DNA of 64,000 nt from Candidatus Latescibacterota bacterium. Its GTDB lineage: Bacteria; Latescibacterota; UBA2968; SICM01. This document shows positions 19,228 through 29,455 of the stretch, piece by piece. Each line of letters begins with the position of its first letter. Within the stretch, counting starts at the first letter, position 1. The notes under the pieces are model-generated. The model was not told the origin of the DNA. It searched no databases and saw only the letters and a list, made by a program, of their open reading frames with translations. The translations under genes were made by a program, and so were the position numbers. Location: contig CBDCJO010000002.1 of the NCBI GenBank assembly GCA_965217865.1, positions 1,216,001-1,280,000 of the forward strand. Reading direction: 5' to 3'.

Positions 19228-20268
19228 CTATTCAAACCTCATCTTGGGATCGAGGGCGTCCCGGAGCCCGTCCCCCAGCAGGTTGTAGACCGTCACCGTC
19301 CAGAAGATTGCAAACCCCGGCACCACCACCAGCCACCAGGCCGAGACATTGCTGCGTGCCCCTGCAAGGAGCGAACCCCAAGTGATCGCCTCCGCGGGAA
19401 CCCCGATCCCGAGAAAGCTTAAACCCGATTCCGTAAGAATCGCTCCAGCCACCCCGAACGCTGCAGGGATGAGCACCGGTGCGATGGCGTTTGGCAGAAT
19501 GTGGATAAACATGATCCTGGGTGTGGAGTAGCCTAAACTGGCCGCAGCGGACACGTAGTCGTAACTTCGAACCTGCAGGAACTGTGAACGCGTCAACCGG
19601 GCGATCCCGACCCAACTCGTAAACCCGATAATGATCATGATAAAAAAGAGGCTGGGCGGAAAGAAGGCCGCAGCAGTGATGATCAGAAAGAAACTGGGGA
19701 TGGCCGCCCACAATTCGAAAACCCGGGATAGGGCAAGGTCCATCCAACCGCCAAAATAACCCGCCAGAGCCCCCAGAGAGACGCCGATGACCATAGAGAT
19801 TCCAACCGAGACAAGCCCGATCGTCAGTGCATACCGGGATCCGTGAATCAAACCCGCGAGCACGTCTCTTCCAAGCCGATCCGTGCCCATCAGGTGATCC
19901 GGTCCGGGAGGCTGATATCTCTCGGACAGCCGGATCTCCCCCGGCGCGTAGGGGATCGGGGGAAAGACCGCTAAGGTGGTCCTGAATCGCTTGAAGTTCC
20001 GGCGCCGTTTCAGTTCCGGCTGCCATTCCATCAGCCCGAGGTTCACGGCATACTGGCGAAACGCCGGAAAATAGATCTCTCCCTGGAACGACATGAGATA
20101 AGGCTTGTCCCCGGCCAGGAGGTCCGCAAAGAGGGCGATCAGGGCAAGGAGACCGATGGCTGCAAGGCTGGCGACGGCGGGCCGGTTTTTTCGGAACTGT
20201 TTCCACACCAGCTTCGAAAACGTCTCCCCCCCCGTTTCAACGCCATCGATCTCGGTTGTGCGTCCCAT
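19228..20268 (-). CDS. oppC: Oligopeptide ABC transporter permease (OppC type)
   Basis: HLMGTDRLGRDV, HILPNAIAP, ESGLSFLG, NLLGDGLRDALDP. Confidence 0.92.
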   Translation of the reverse strand: MGRTTEIDGVETGGETFSKLVWKQFRKNRPAVASLAAIGLLALIALFADLLAGDKPYLMSFQGEIYFPAFRQYAVNLGLMEWQPELKRRRNFKRFRTTLAVFPPIPYAPGEIRLSERYQPPGPDHLMGTDRLGRDVLAGLIHGSRYALTIGLVSVGISMVIGVSLGALAGYFGGWMDLALSRVFELWAAIPSFFLIITAAAFFPPSLFFIMIIIGFTSWVGIARLTRSQFLQVRSYDYVSAAASLGYSTPRIMFIHILPNAIAPVLIPAAFGVAGAILTESGLSFLGIGVPAEAITWGSLLAGARSNVSAWWLVVVPGFAIFWTVTVYNLLGDGLRDALDPKMRFE

Positions 20269-20271
20269 GGG

Positions 20272-21570
20272 CTATCCTTGAATCTGAGAAAATTCGATGC
20301 GCGGATCCACCGCTCTCAAGAGGATGTCCGCGATCAAGATTCCGACCAGCGAAAGCGTCGACCCGATCGTAAAGATCGCCATGACCATCGGGTAATCCCG
20401 AACCAACACGGATTCATAAGCCAGGAACCCCATTCCCGGAATCGTGAAGATCGTCTCGATAAACACCGAACCCGCGATCAGGATCGGGAGGAGATTTCCC
20501 ATGATCGTGACGATCGGAATCAGGGAATTTCGAAACACGTGGCGGAACACCACCGCCCTTTCGGACAGCCCTTTTGCCCGCGCGGTACGCACATAATCGA
20601 GTCGAAGGTTTTCCAGCATACTCGTGCGCATAAATCGGGAAATTCCGGCAAAACTGGCATAACAGGATGCGAGGATTGGCAATGCAATGTGGTGGGCGTG
20701 ATCTTTCAAAAGGCGCCAAAATCCCCACTCACGGGATGCTTCGAGCGATTGGATGCCCGATGCGGGAAACCAGTAAAAAAATTCTTTATTGCAGAAAAAG
20801 ATGATTAGGAGCATCCCCAACCAGAAGGAGGGCATGGACCAGAGCATAAAGGTCCCGGTGGTGAGCGCCCTGTCCGCGGCGGTATTCTGTCTGACGGAGA
20901 GAAAAACCCCCAGGGGTAATCCGATGAGATAGGCTGCGATAAGGCTGATCACGTTGATCTCGATCGTAATCGGAAGCCGCTCCAGGATCCTGGCGATCAC
21001 GGACTGTTGGTCCTTGAATGACCGGCCGAAATTCAGCGTAATAAATCGCCTGTCGAACAGGTGAAAAACAAGGCCCGAGCCGCGATACTCATAATTCCGA
21101 TCGGCTTTCAACGTCTTCCCCTCCCAGAAAGAGGACGCGATCAATTCCGGAACCCGGTCGGGATTTCGAAACCGGAGATGCTTCAGGAAACGGTCTTTTC
21201 GGGCTTGGTCCTCAAGGCGTTCGAGCTCCGCTTTTTGCGCGTCGTCAAGGCCCTGGAGGACGCGATCGGCCAGTCTTGCCGCGCGATCGTAGTCGTTCAG
21301 AGGCTCCACGCGGAGCAACAGGTTGGAAAGCCAGCTCAAGTACTGGATGTGCATGGGTTTATCCAACCCGAGCTGGCGCCGAAGATCCTGAACCGTCTTC
21401 TCCATGTCCGCCTGTCGGTCGGTCGAAATTCCCTCTCCGCCGGCGAATCCCCCTATGAACAGGTCCACCGGATCCCCCGGAGCCAGGTGCATGATGAAGA
21501 AAGAGATAAGCGTGATCCCGACGAGGGTGGGGATCAGAAGCAAGATTCGTCTGGCGACATACTGTAACAT
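20272..21570 (-). CDS. oppB: Oligopeptide ABC transporter permease (OppB type) with an enlarged loop
   Basis: APGDPV, LGLDKP..IQY..WL, DYVRTARAKGL, RHVFRNSLIP, RDYP, DPRI. Confidence 0.92.
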   Translation of the reverse strand: MLQYVARRILLLIPTLVGITLISFFIMHLAPGDPVDLFIGGFAGGEGISTDRQADMEKTVQDLRRQLGLDKPMHIQYLSWLSNLLLRVEPLNDYDRAARLADRVLQGLDDAQKAELERLEDQARKDRFLKHLRFRNPDRVPELIASSFWEGKTLKADRNYEYRGSGLVFHLFDRRFITLNFGRSFKDQQSVIARILERLPITIEINVISLIAAYLIGLPLGVFLSVRQNTAADRALTTGTFMLWSMPSFWLGMLLIIFFCNKEFFYWFPASGIQSLEASREWGFWRLLKDHAHHIALPILASCYASFAGISRFMRTSMLENLRLDYVRTARAKGLSERAVVFRHVFRNSLIPIVTIMGNLLPILIAGSVFIETIFTIPGMGFLAYESVLVRDYPMVMAIFTIGSTLSLVGILIADILLRAVDPRIEFSQIQG

Positions 21571-21600
21571 ATAAGGATAGGAATGTCCGAAGCCACGATC

Positions 21601-23469
21601 CTAACGATAAACGACGTCTTCGGGTGAGACCCACCACTCCTGGGTATCGGCGCCCCCGGGGTACCAGTTCACGCCGCGAAACCGACGGCTGTATGCCGTG
21701 GCCGACCGTTGCTTCCAGAGAAAGGTATAAGGCTGTTCTTCGTGAAGGACTTCCTGGAAACGCCGGTAGAGCGAAATCCGGTTTTCCAGATCGAATTCCT
21801 GGCGATAAGTTTCCAGAATCCGGTCAACCTCGGGGTTGACGAAGCTGATAAAATTCGACCCGGTTCCCTCCGCCTGAGAGGAATGCCAGATCTGGTAGCC
21901 ATCGGGGGGAAAGCGAAGGCTGCCCGTCCATCCAAGGGTGATAGCGGCAAAATTCTTGCCCTTGACCCGCTCCAGGAAGATAGACCAGTCGAGCTGCCGC
22001 ACCTGGCAGACGATCCCGATGTCGTTGAGTTCGCTCTGGACAATCAACGCGATATCCTTTCGGAGTTGGTTCCCGGAGTTGACCAGGAATTCGAACTCGA
22101 ACGGCCTCTTCTCCCCATCGATGATTTTGTCCAGAACCCCGTCGCCGTCCGTATCCCCCCAACCGGCCGCTTCGAGCAAATCAAAAGCTTTGTCCGGATC
22201 AAAAGTATAAGGTGTTAAATCGTGGTTATACTCGGGTCGGAACTTGTGAATGGGTCCCTCCACGGCTTCTCCGAGACCGAAAAGGAGATTCTTTATCATC
22301 TTCTCCCGGTTCGTCAAATGAGTCATGGCCATTCGGACCCTCTTGTCACGGAATATGGGATGGGCGTTGTTCCAGCCGATGTAGGTAAATCCGCCCGAGT
22401 ACTCGATTCCCTTCAAGAAGCGACTCGTGAAATCAGGCGACCAGCTCTTGTCCTTGAATTCCAGGGGACGGAGCCCGTAGAGGTCAAGATTACCGTTCGT
22501 CAACTCGATAAAGGCCGCATCGGTGTTGTTGATGATCTTGAAGACGATCTTATCGACGTACCCGGTCGGAGGAAGTCCTTCCACACCGTGGCCCCAATAC
22601 TCCGGGTTTCGGGTGAGCGTCACCTTCTGGCCGGTCACAACGTCATTTTGCCAGTCCTCGACGAAGTAGGGACCGGACCCGAGCATTCGGCGGTTGTATT
22701 CCTGGTTGAACCGCTCAGCGAATTTGGTGACGCGGTCGGCATGGAGGCCGCCCTCCCAGGTCCCGTCGATCAGGCTTTGAACCGAAACCGGATCCATCAG
22801 TCCGTCCGGGTCGTAAAAATGCTTGGGAAGGATCTCAAAACTGCCCAGGGCGAGATCATTCCGAAAGTAGGGTTGCTTGCAGACGAAGACGACCCGGTTT
22901 CCATCCGCTTTTTTCACCGCTTTTACAGCCGAGTAATAATTCCGCAGGTGAGGCGCCAAGACCTTGGGATTCTGGATCACTTTCATGCTGAAAATCACAT
23001 CATCCGCAGTCAGGGGCGCACCATCTGCGAAAGTGACGCCCTCCCGCAATGCGAAAGCGTACGAAAGCTTGTCCTCCGAGATCTCAGGATAATCCCTGGC
23101 CACCATCCCCTTCAGTGGATAAGGCTTCTCGTGTTCCGGGTAAAGCAGGGACTCGAACACATACCCGGACACGGTCGAGGCCCCCGCGTCGTTGGAGGTG
23201 TAGGGGTTGAAGTTTTCTGGGTCCGAGAGGAAGTGGCGGACGATCCAGTCGCCGAAAACCGGATTCTCATCACTCGAGAATCGCAAAGGGGCTTTTTCGC
23301 TCCCGTCCAACACCACGATGTCCTTCGTCTCAACGAGGAGCTTCTGGACTTCATTCCAGGGCCCTTCGGGCCCGGAATCGATGGCCGTTTTTGTGTCGTT
23401 CCCACAGGAGTGTAAAAACAACGCGGATATCGACAGCCCGTATCGTACAACCAGATCCCCACCTGACAT
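21601..23469 (-). CDS. oppA: Peptide ABC transporter substrate-binding lipoprotein (family 5)
   Basis: Lipobox-like FLHSC; FALREGVTFADGAPLTADDVIFS; GSGPY; FRDKRVRMAM. Confidence 0.88.
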   Translation of the reverse strand: MSGGDLVVRYGLSISALFLHSCGNDTKTAIDSGPEGPWNEVQKLLVETKDIVVLDGSEKAPLRFSSDENPVFGDWIVRHFLSDPENFNPYTSNDAGASTVSGYVFESLLYPEHEKPYPLKGMVARDYPEISEDKLSYAFALREGVTFADGAPLTADDVIFSMKVIQNPKVLAPHLRNYYSAVKAVKKADGNRVVFVCKQPYFRNDLALGSFEILPKHFYDPDGLMDPVSVQSLIDGTWEGGLHADRVTKFAERFNQEYNRRMLGSGPYFVEDWQNDVVTGQKVTLTRNPEYWGHGVEGLPPTGYVDKIVFKIINNTDAAFIELTNGNLDLYGLRPLEFKDKSWSPDFTSRFLKGIEYSGGFTYIGWNNAHPIFRDKRVRMAMTHLTNREKMIKNLLFGLGEAVEGPIHKFRPEYNHDLTPYTFDPDKAFDLLEAAGWGDTDGDGVLDKIIDGEKRPFEFEFLVNSGNQLRKDIALIVQSELNDIGIVCQVRQLDWSIFLERVKGKNFAAITLGWTGSLRFPPDGYQIWHSSQAEGTGSNFISFVNPEVDRILETYRQEFDLENRISLYRRFQEVLHEEQPYTFLWKQRSATAYSRRFRGVNWYPGGADTQEWWVSPEDVVYR

Positions 23470-23490
23470 TGGCCTCTTATTCCCCCTGTG

Positions 23491-25278
23491 TCAGTTTGGA
23501 TAGAGCTTGAATGCCTTGTGCCATCCTGAAATCTGTTCCACCCGGTCCCCGAGGTCCTTCGCGAAGGCAATCGGTCGGCCCCGACCGTCCAGGATCAAGC
23601 CCACGACCCCCCCATACACCGTCGTGCTGATCTCCTGCCCCCGTCCGGCTCCAGCGTCCCACTTCCGGTCGGGTTGCAGGACGATCTCCGCCGGGGCATC
23701 TTCCGGAAGGGAAAATCTTAGCAGTTCCCCGGCCTTGAGCTCACCCGACGTTTCGCCGTTGGGGAATCGAATTTGAAAAGTGCAACAGACATCCCCTGAT
23801 TTTCCAGATCCTGTCGGTGCCACACACGTGCCCAGATAGATCATACAGTCCCGTTCAAACACCTCTGTGGCGGCCTTTTCGTTGACCTGGGATAAGACCC
23901 CCAGGTGGGGCATCATAAACACGCTGTCGACCCCGATCCGGGTGACCCCCTCCGGTTGAAACGCATCGATGATCATGGCCATCGACTGGGCGCGACGTGG
24001 AGCGTGCGACAGGACTCCCCCGCTGCCCACAATCAGGTCAAGATCCATCATCCGAATCAGACTCTCTCCCGTCCCAACCTGATCGAATACGTCCGAAAGG
24101 CTTCGCTCGGTTTGCACCCCCTTTAGCCCGACGGCAAGCTTTCGGTGCTGGAGGAACGCAAGTCGCAAGGCTTCCCGGGCGAGAGCTTGCTCAATTTTGA
24201 GTTCGTCCAGGGTTTGCGGGATGGTCGTGGGGCGAATCATCTTGTTCTTGACCCGATCGCGCAGGTCCGCCTCATCCACCGGGAAAGGCACCCAGCGAAC
24301 GATGTTCGGCAATCCGGCCTCTGCAAGGACATTCGATACGCTGTACGACATGCCCAGATTGGCGCTGACCGTCCGGTGAAAGCTGCCTCCGAACACGCTG
24401 AAGATGTCCGTTGTGGCCCCCCCGATATCCACCCCGATCACGTGGATATCCTTCTTTTCGGCGATCTTCTGTATGATCAACCCGACCGCCCCCGGTGTGG
24501 GTACGATCGGTGCCCCGGACCAGGATATCAACTTCGGATACCCGGGTGCCTGGGCCATCACGTGCTCGAGGAACAGGTCGTGTATCTTTTCCCTGGCCGG
24601 ACCCAGGTTCTCTCGCTCCAATACAGGCCGGAGATTTTCGGTGATGGTCAGCGCCGTTTTCTCCCCAAGGGTTTTCTCCACCACCTGGCTGACATCCCGG
24701 TTTCCAGCATAGATCACAGGCAGTTTGAAACCGACCCCGAACCTTGGACTGGGGTTCGCGGCAGCGATAAACTCGGCCATCTCCACCACGTGGGTCACCG
24801 TGCCCCCGTCCGTGCCCCCCGACAAGAGGACCATATCGGGACGGAGTTGCCGAATGCGTTCGATCTTCTGATGGGGAAGCCGCCCATCGTCGGTGGAAAG
24901 CACATCCATGACGATGGCCCCTGCACCGAGGGCACACCGCTGAGCGCTTTCACCCGTCATAGCCTTTACGACCCCGGCCACCATCATCTGAAGTCCACCC
25001 CCCGCACTGCTCGTGGAGATGTAGATGTCCACCCCCTCCCCGCCGTTCGCCGGGGTGATGATCCGCTCCCCATCGAGGATCCGCCTTCCCGACAGCTCTT
25101 CGATCTCCTGGATGGCGTTGAGCACCCCGCGCGTGACATCTTCGAACGGCGCCTCCACCGTGGTGGGCGCCTCCCCCCGATGGGTCTGACGATAGGCGTC
25201 TCCTTTTTTTTCTATTAGGATCGCCTTGGTCGTGGTGCTTCCGCAGTCGGTGGCGATGATAACGTTCAGGTCTTTCAC
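23491..25278 (-). CDS. glmL: GlmL/MutL(glutamate-mutase-associated)-like ASKHA ATPase
   Basis: DCGSTTTKA (phosphate 1), APTTVE, SSAGGGL, LSGGTDGG, PTPGAV, DIGGATTD (phosphate 2), GSGGVLSHAP; GTG start overlaps the upstream TGA. Confidence 0.85.
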   Translation of the reverse strand: MKDLNVIIATDCGSTTTKAILIEKKGDAYRQTHRGEAPTTVEAPFEDVTRGVLNAIQEIEELSGRRILDGERIITPANGGEGVDIYISTSSAGGGLQMMVAGVVKAMTGESAQRCALGAGAIVMDVLSTDDGRLPHQKIERIRQLRPDMVLLSGGTDGGTVTHVVEMAEFIAAANPSPRFGVGFKLPVIYAGNRDVSQVVEKTLGEKTALTITENLRPVLERENLGPAREKIHDLFLEHVMAQAPGYPKLISWSGAPIVPTPGAVGLIIQKIAEKKDIHVIGVDIGGATTDIFSVFGGSFHRTVSANLGMSYSVSNVLAEAGLPNIVRWVPFPVDEADLRDRVKNKMIRPTTIPQTLDELKIEQALAREALRLAFLQHRKLAVGLKGVQTERSLSDVFDQVGTGESLIRMMDLDLIVGSGGVLSHAPRRAQSMAMIIDAFQPEGVTRIGVDSVFMMPHLGVLSQVNEKAATEVFERDCMIYLGTCVAPTGSGKSGDVCCTFQIRFPNGETSGELKAGELLRFSLPEDAPAEIVLQPDRKWDAGAGRGQEISTTVYGGVVGLILDGRGRPIAFAKDLGDRVEQISGWHKAFKLYPN

Positions 25279-25670
25279 AACCGGTTTATGCTTCCCCGCT
25301 TTGGGTTGATGTCAGGCGGCACCCCGTCCTCGATCCGTTGTTCTTGGTGTTTCACGATCCGGTCGATGATAACGTCGATGCAGCCGCGCTTTTCAAGGAT
25401 CCGGGTGAAACGGGCGTATTTCTCACCGGATAAGAACATCGTCGCGAACGGGGAAAGGAAGACCAGGAACTGACTCCCGATAAAATTCAGAGGTCGACCC
25501 GATTCCAGGAGCATGAGCGATGGGACGGTCATCTTTCGTCCGACCAGATACGCAGCCAGGCTGTCGATCAGAGCGATATCCTGATCTTCAAAAGAATCGT
25601 GCTTTGGGATGGAAAACGCGTGTGAAAACCACGCCTTAATCCCTTCCCCCTTGGATGCTGCAGTCGACAA
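25275..25670 (-). CDS. Hypothetical protein
   Basis: Coupled to glmL by a GTGA overlap; block PSLMLLESGRPLNFIGSQFLVFLSPF. Start uncertain. Confidence 0.72.
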   Translation of the reverse strand: MSTAASKGEGIKAWFSHAFSIPKHDSFEDQDIALIDSLAAYLVGRKMTVPSLMLLESGRPLNFIGSQFLVFLSPFATMFLSGEKYARFTRILEKRGCIDVIIDRIVKHQEQRIEDGVPPDINPKRGSINRL

Positions 25671-26112
25671 AGTCGAGCACCTCGTTCCGATTGTCTTTGA
25701 ATCTGAGAAAGCAGCCCCGGAAGGCGTCCAAACGGCTGGGCACGCCGAAGGGGGTTAGAAAGACCCCTTCACGATGGACGTAGTGGTTCCTGAAACGTTC
25801 CCAAGGTATCCTTCGGGTCCATCCCGCGTGTTTGACGGCAACCTCTTGTTCGGTAAGGGAATAGCGGACCGGGAAAAAATATCGGGACATGGAGGATCCC
25901 AGAATCGTGAACGAGACGAAAGATAAGACCAGGCTTTCGAGGCTAAAATAGACCCCCACGGAGAAGCCGCTGATCGCGAGGACCAACCCCCCGGACTTCC
26001 ACCCCGGATCGTCCCGCACGGGGTGAGAAGTCCACGAAAGGCCGCCTGAAGCAGGCCTTGAGCCCTGTGAATTTCCGCTCGATTCAACCGCTTCATCACC
26101 CATTATAGTCAC
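25636..26112 (-). CDS. Hypothetical membrane protein (2 TM + small beta domain)
   Basis: LSWTSHP, two TM helices, YFFPVRYSLT...PSRLDAFRG; GTGA overlap with the upstream ligase stop. Confidence 0.72.
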   Translation of the reverse strand: MTIMGDEAVESSGNSQGSRPASGGLSWTSHPVRDDPGWKSGGLVLAISGFSVGVYFSLESLVLSFVSFTILGSSMSRYFFPVRYSLTEQEVAVKHAGWTRRIPWERFRNHYVHREGVFLTPFGVPSRLDAFRGCFLRFKDNRNEVLDFVDCSIQGGRD

Positions 26113-26954
26113 CGGATCACCCGCCGTTGCGGGGCGAAATTCCAGGCCTCGGTGCCGTACTTCTCGTTCACAAGGAGATCCACACGGTTGCGTTCGCGAT
26201 CCATCAACGGCCTTTCCACAAGCGGGATTTCAAGTTCCTGCTCAAAACCCTTCCGGAGATTCTCCGCAAGGTTATCGAAATCGATCGATCGACCCAATTC
26301 CTCCTCCATCGAGGTCGCCTTCTCCAGCTCCTCTCGAAATCGTTCCCTCTGATCCTCGGAATCGATACGAAGAAGCTCTATGATCTGCTTGTGTTCCACC
26401 CCTATGATCAGGGAGCCGTGCTGAAGAAGCATGTCCCCCATCCGCCGCTGGGCACTCCCGATCAGCTTTTTCTCCCCAACGACCACCTCGTATCTGGCCG
26501 CAGACGAAAAACACGGGGATGTGATCGAAGCACCCGTCGGACGAACCGAGGGAACATCCCCTCGAACGATGTCCGCGGCCAAACCGAAGAGACGAAGCCC
26601 GGCCACGAGGCATTCGCTGATTTGTCGGTAGGCCTCAGTCACCCCCCCGCGGACCATCGGGTCATCACCCCTGCAGAGCACACTATAGGTCAACTCGTTC
26701 CAATGCAGAACCGCACGCCCTCCGGTCGGTCGGCGCACGACCTCTACGCCCAACTCCCGGCACCGATCAAGGTCCACCTCCTTGTCCACCCGCTGGGCAT
26801 ACCCGAAAGAGAGGCCCGGAGGATGCCATCCGAATGTCCGAAAGACGGGGGGCGAGGCCCCCTCCTGGACGGAACCCAGGACGGCCTCATCCACGGCCAT
26901 ATTAAAAAAGGCGTTTTCAAAACGGGTGTTCAGAAAACGCCAAGTCGCTTTCAT
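26109..26954 (-). CDS. lipM: Lipoate-protein ligase family protein, LipM-like octanoyltransferase
   Basis: NMAVDEA, VVRRPTGGRAVLH.ELTYSV, CF....YE, KLIGSAQRR, LQHGSL; no LplA C-terminal extension. Confidence 0.78.
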   Translation of the reverse strand: MKATWRFLNTRFENAFFNMAVDEAVLGSVQEGASPPVFRTFGWHPPGLSFGYAQRVDKEVDLDRCRELGVEVVRRPTGGRAVLHWNELTYSVLCRGDDPMVRGGVTEAYRQISECLVAGLRLFGLAADIVRGDVPSVRPTGASITSPCFSSAARYEVVVGEKKLIGSAQRRMGDMLLQHGSLIIGVEHKQIIELLRIDSEDQRERFREELEKATSMEEELGRSIDFDNLAENLRKGFEQELEIPLVERPLMDRERNRVDLLVNEKYGTEAWNFAPQRRVIR

Positions 26955-26983
26955 CTTTGAGGTCGATTCTAAAACGTCTTAGG

Positions 26984-27745
26984 TTACACCGCGCCAATAC
27001 TTCTGAGGGCCTCCTTGGCGGCCATCTGCTGCGCTTCCTTCTTGCTCCGTCCCTTTCCCTCCCCCATAATCTCTCCTCCGATCGCCACCTCCACGGTAAA
27101 TATCTTCTCGTGATCGGGCCCGTCCTCCGAGTTGACAAAGTAGCGGGGATGGCCCCTCCCTTCGCTCTGGACGTGTTCGAGGAGAACACTCTTGAAATTG
27201 AGATTATCACCGTTGGTGCTGATCTCCTCCACATCGCAAAGGAGGTGCCGGGCGACAAAAGTCCGTGAACCGTCGAGCCCCCCGTCCAGGTAGATCGCGC
27301 CCAAAACGGCCTCGTACGCGTCCCCGATGATCGACGTCCTTTCCCGCCCCCCGGACTGTTCTTCCTCTTTGCTTAAAAGGATATATTTGCCAAGGCCCAT
27401 CTCCCGTCCTTTTTGGGCAAGCACACTTTTGCTGACGATCAGAGACTTAACCTGAGTCAGCTCACCTTCGCGCTTCGATCGAAAGGACCGGTACAGATAT
27501 TCCGTGACCACCAGATCGAGGACGGCGTCTCCCAGGAATTCAAGCCGCTCATTCGACTCGATCCCGCTTCCGTCCGATGCGAATACATACGATCGATGTT
27601 TTATGGCTAGGGACAGAAGAGAACGGTCGAAAAAACGGTAGCCGATGACCGCCTCGAGGGTGTCGAGATCCCTTTCGACCTTTTCGGGTTTCGAGAAGAT
27701 TTTCCCGATCCGCCCGAACAATTCGTTAAATTTTAATAAAATCAT
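26984..27745 (-). CDS. rnc: Ribonuclease III
   Basis: NERLEFLGDAVL, DAYEAVLGAIYLDGG, dsRBD GPDHEKIF...GRSKKEAQQMAA. Confidence 0.97.
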   Translation of the reverse strand: MILLKFNELFGRIGKIFSKPEKVERDLDTLEAVIGYRFFDRSLLSLAIKHRSYVFASDGSGIESNERLEFLGDAVLDLVVTEYLYRSFRSKREGELTQVKSLIVSKSVLAQKGREMGLGKYILLSKEEEQSGGRERTSIIGDAYEAVLGAIYLDGGLDGSRTFVARHLLCDVEEISTNGDNLNFKSVLLEHVQSEGRGHPRYFVNSEDGPDHEKIFTVEVAIGGEIMGEGKGRSKKEAQQMAAKEALRSIGAV

Positions 27746-27858
27746 TTTCCCATCGGAACGGTGCCCTGTTTAGTTTACCGGGGCGATCAATACCGAAAGT
27801 ACCCCCCTGGGCATCCATGGATCGTCCGGTCAATTCCAAAGCCTACAGGGAATGGGAC

Positions 27859-29103
27859 CTACGATCCCATTTGATATTTTCCAAAGACCGTGACGGCATT
27901 ATGGCCCCCGAACCCGAAGGAGTTGTTCATGGCGATGGATACCTCTTTCCGCCTCGCACGGTTGGGGACGTAGTCCAGGTCACATTCAGGATCGGGATTC
28001 GCTTGGTTGATCGTGGGCGGGATAATGTCCTGATGGATACTGAGGATGCATCCGATGGACTCCACTGCGCCTGATGCACCCAGGAGATGGCCGACCATCG
28101 ACTTGGTCGAACTCACGGCCAGCTTGTAAGCGTGATCCCCGAAGACCCTCTTGATCGCTCGGGTCTCGTTTTTATCCCCGATCGGCGTTGAAGTCCCGTG
28201 GGCGTTGATATAATCGACATCCCCCGGGTCTATTCCCGACTGTTTAATGGCCAACCGCATGGCTTGAGCCGGCCCCTCGTCCGAGGGATTGGTCTGGTGG
28301 TAGGCGTCTGCGGAAAAGCCGAATCCCAGAACCTCGGCATATACCCGAGCACCTCTGGCCTCGGCGTGGGCCAGATCCTCAAGAATTAAAGTCCCGGCGC
28401 CCTCACCCAGAACGAACCCATCCCGTTTCGCATCGAACGGGCAACTGGCCATTTCCGGACTATCATTGCGGCGCGAGAGCGCCTTCATGTTTGAGAACCC
28501 CCCGACCGCCATGGGACTCACCGCGGCTTCGCCCCCCCCGGTGATCATCACGTCCGCCTCCCCGTCCCGGATGGTCTTGAAAGCGGATCCGATCGCATGT
28601 CCCGCTGACGAACACGCGGAGACAGTCGTATAGTTTGGTCCCCTGGCGCCCAGGGTGATCGAGATTTGTCCGGAGGTCATATCCGCGATCATCATGGGGA
28701 TAAAGAAAGGACTGATCCGGCGGGGCCCCTTCTGCAGGAGCCGTCTATGCTGCTCCTCGAACGTCCAGATCCCACCGATGCCCGAGCCGTAGATGACCCC
28801 AACAAGATCCGGGTCTTCGGCCTCCATATCAAGTCCAGCGTCCCGGACGGCCTCGAGGGTTGCACAGACGGCATATTGGACGCAGGGATCGTTCCGGTTC
28901 GCCTCCTTCTTATTCATCCCCATGGAAACCGGGTCGAAACCCTTCAACTCCCCGGCGAACTTCACGTCGAACGCAGAGGTGTCGAACCCGACGATGGGTG
29001 CGATCCCACTTTTGCCATTGCAGATCGCCTCCCAGAAGGTCGGTGCGGAAAGGCCGTTGCACGCCAGGACGCCCACACCGGTCACGACGACTCTACGTCC
29101 CAT
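27859..29103 (-). CDS. fabF: 3-oxoacyl-ACP synthase II
   Basis: SACSS, YINAHGTST, KSMVGHLLGA, NSFGFGGHNA. Confidence 0.97.
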   Translation of the reverse strand: MGRRVVVTGVGVLACNGLSAPTFWEAICNGKSGIAPIVGFDTSAFDVKFAGELKGFDPVSMGMNKKEANRNDPCVQYAVCATLEAVRDAGLDMEAEDPDLVGVIYGSGIGGIWTFEEQHRRLLQKGPRRISPFFIPMMIADMTSGQISITLGARGPNYTTVSACSSAGHAIGSAFKTIRDGEADVMITGGGEAAVSPMAVGGFSNMKALSRRNDSPEMASCPFDAKRDGFVLGEGAGTLILEDLAHAEARGARVYAEVLGFGFSADAYHQTNPSDEGPAQAMRLAIKQSGIDPGDVDYINAHGTSTPIGDKNETRAIKRVFGDHAYKLAVSSTKSMVGHLLGASGAVESIGCILSIHQDIIPPTINQANPDPECDLDYVPNRARRKEVSIAMNNSFGFGGHNAVTVFGKYQMGS

Positions 29104-29132
29104 AAGGAACCTCTCGGATACGGATCCCCGAC

Positions 29133-29381
29133 CTATTCCCCGGACCCTTCCTGTTTTCCCTCGAGATATTTTACCGCGTCGCCGACCGTGACCATCTTCT
29201 CGGCATCCTCATCTGGAATCTCCAGGTCGAAAGCCTCCTCGAATGCCATCACGAGCTCGACCGTATCCAGGGAGTCTGCCCCCAGATCATCGATAAAAGA
29301 TGCATCGGGATTTACATCCTCGGGCTTCACGCCGAGCTGTTCAACGACAAGATCAAGCACCCGATCCTCAATGGAAGCCAT
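29133..29381 (-). CDS. acpP: Acyl carrier protein
   Basis: [18 protein letters not shown]. Confidence 0.98.
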   Translation of the reverse strand: MASIEDRVLDLVVEQLGVKPEDVNPDASFIDDLGADSLDTVELVMAFEEAFDLEIPDEDAEKMVTVGDAVKYLEGKQEGSGE

Positions 29382-29455
29382 GCGCTTTCCTCCGTGATTA
29401 ACCGGACCCGCTTAAGAGCCCTTTCGTTTGATCTTGACCGCTTGGTGAAACTCGT

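Noticed and set aside
23491-25278. Reading the GlmL/MutL-like gene as mismatch-repair MutL or as evidence of glutamate fermentation
   Set aside because: Its motifs are ASKHA-type, not GHKL, and no mutase subunits are in the window.
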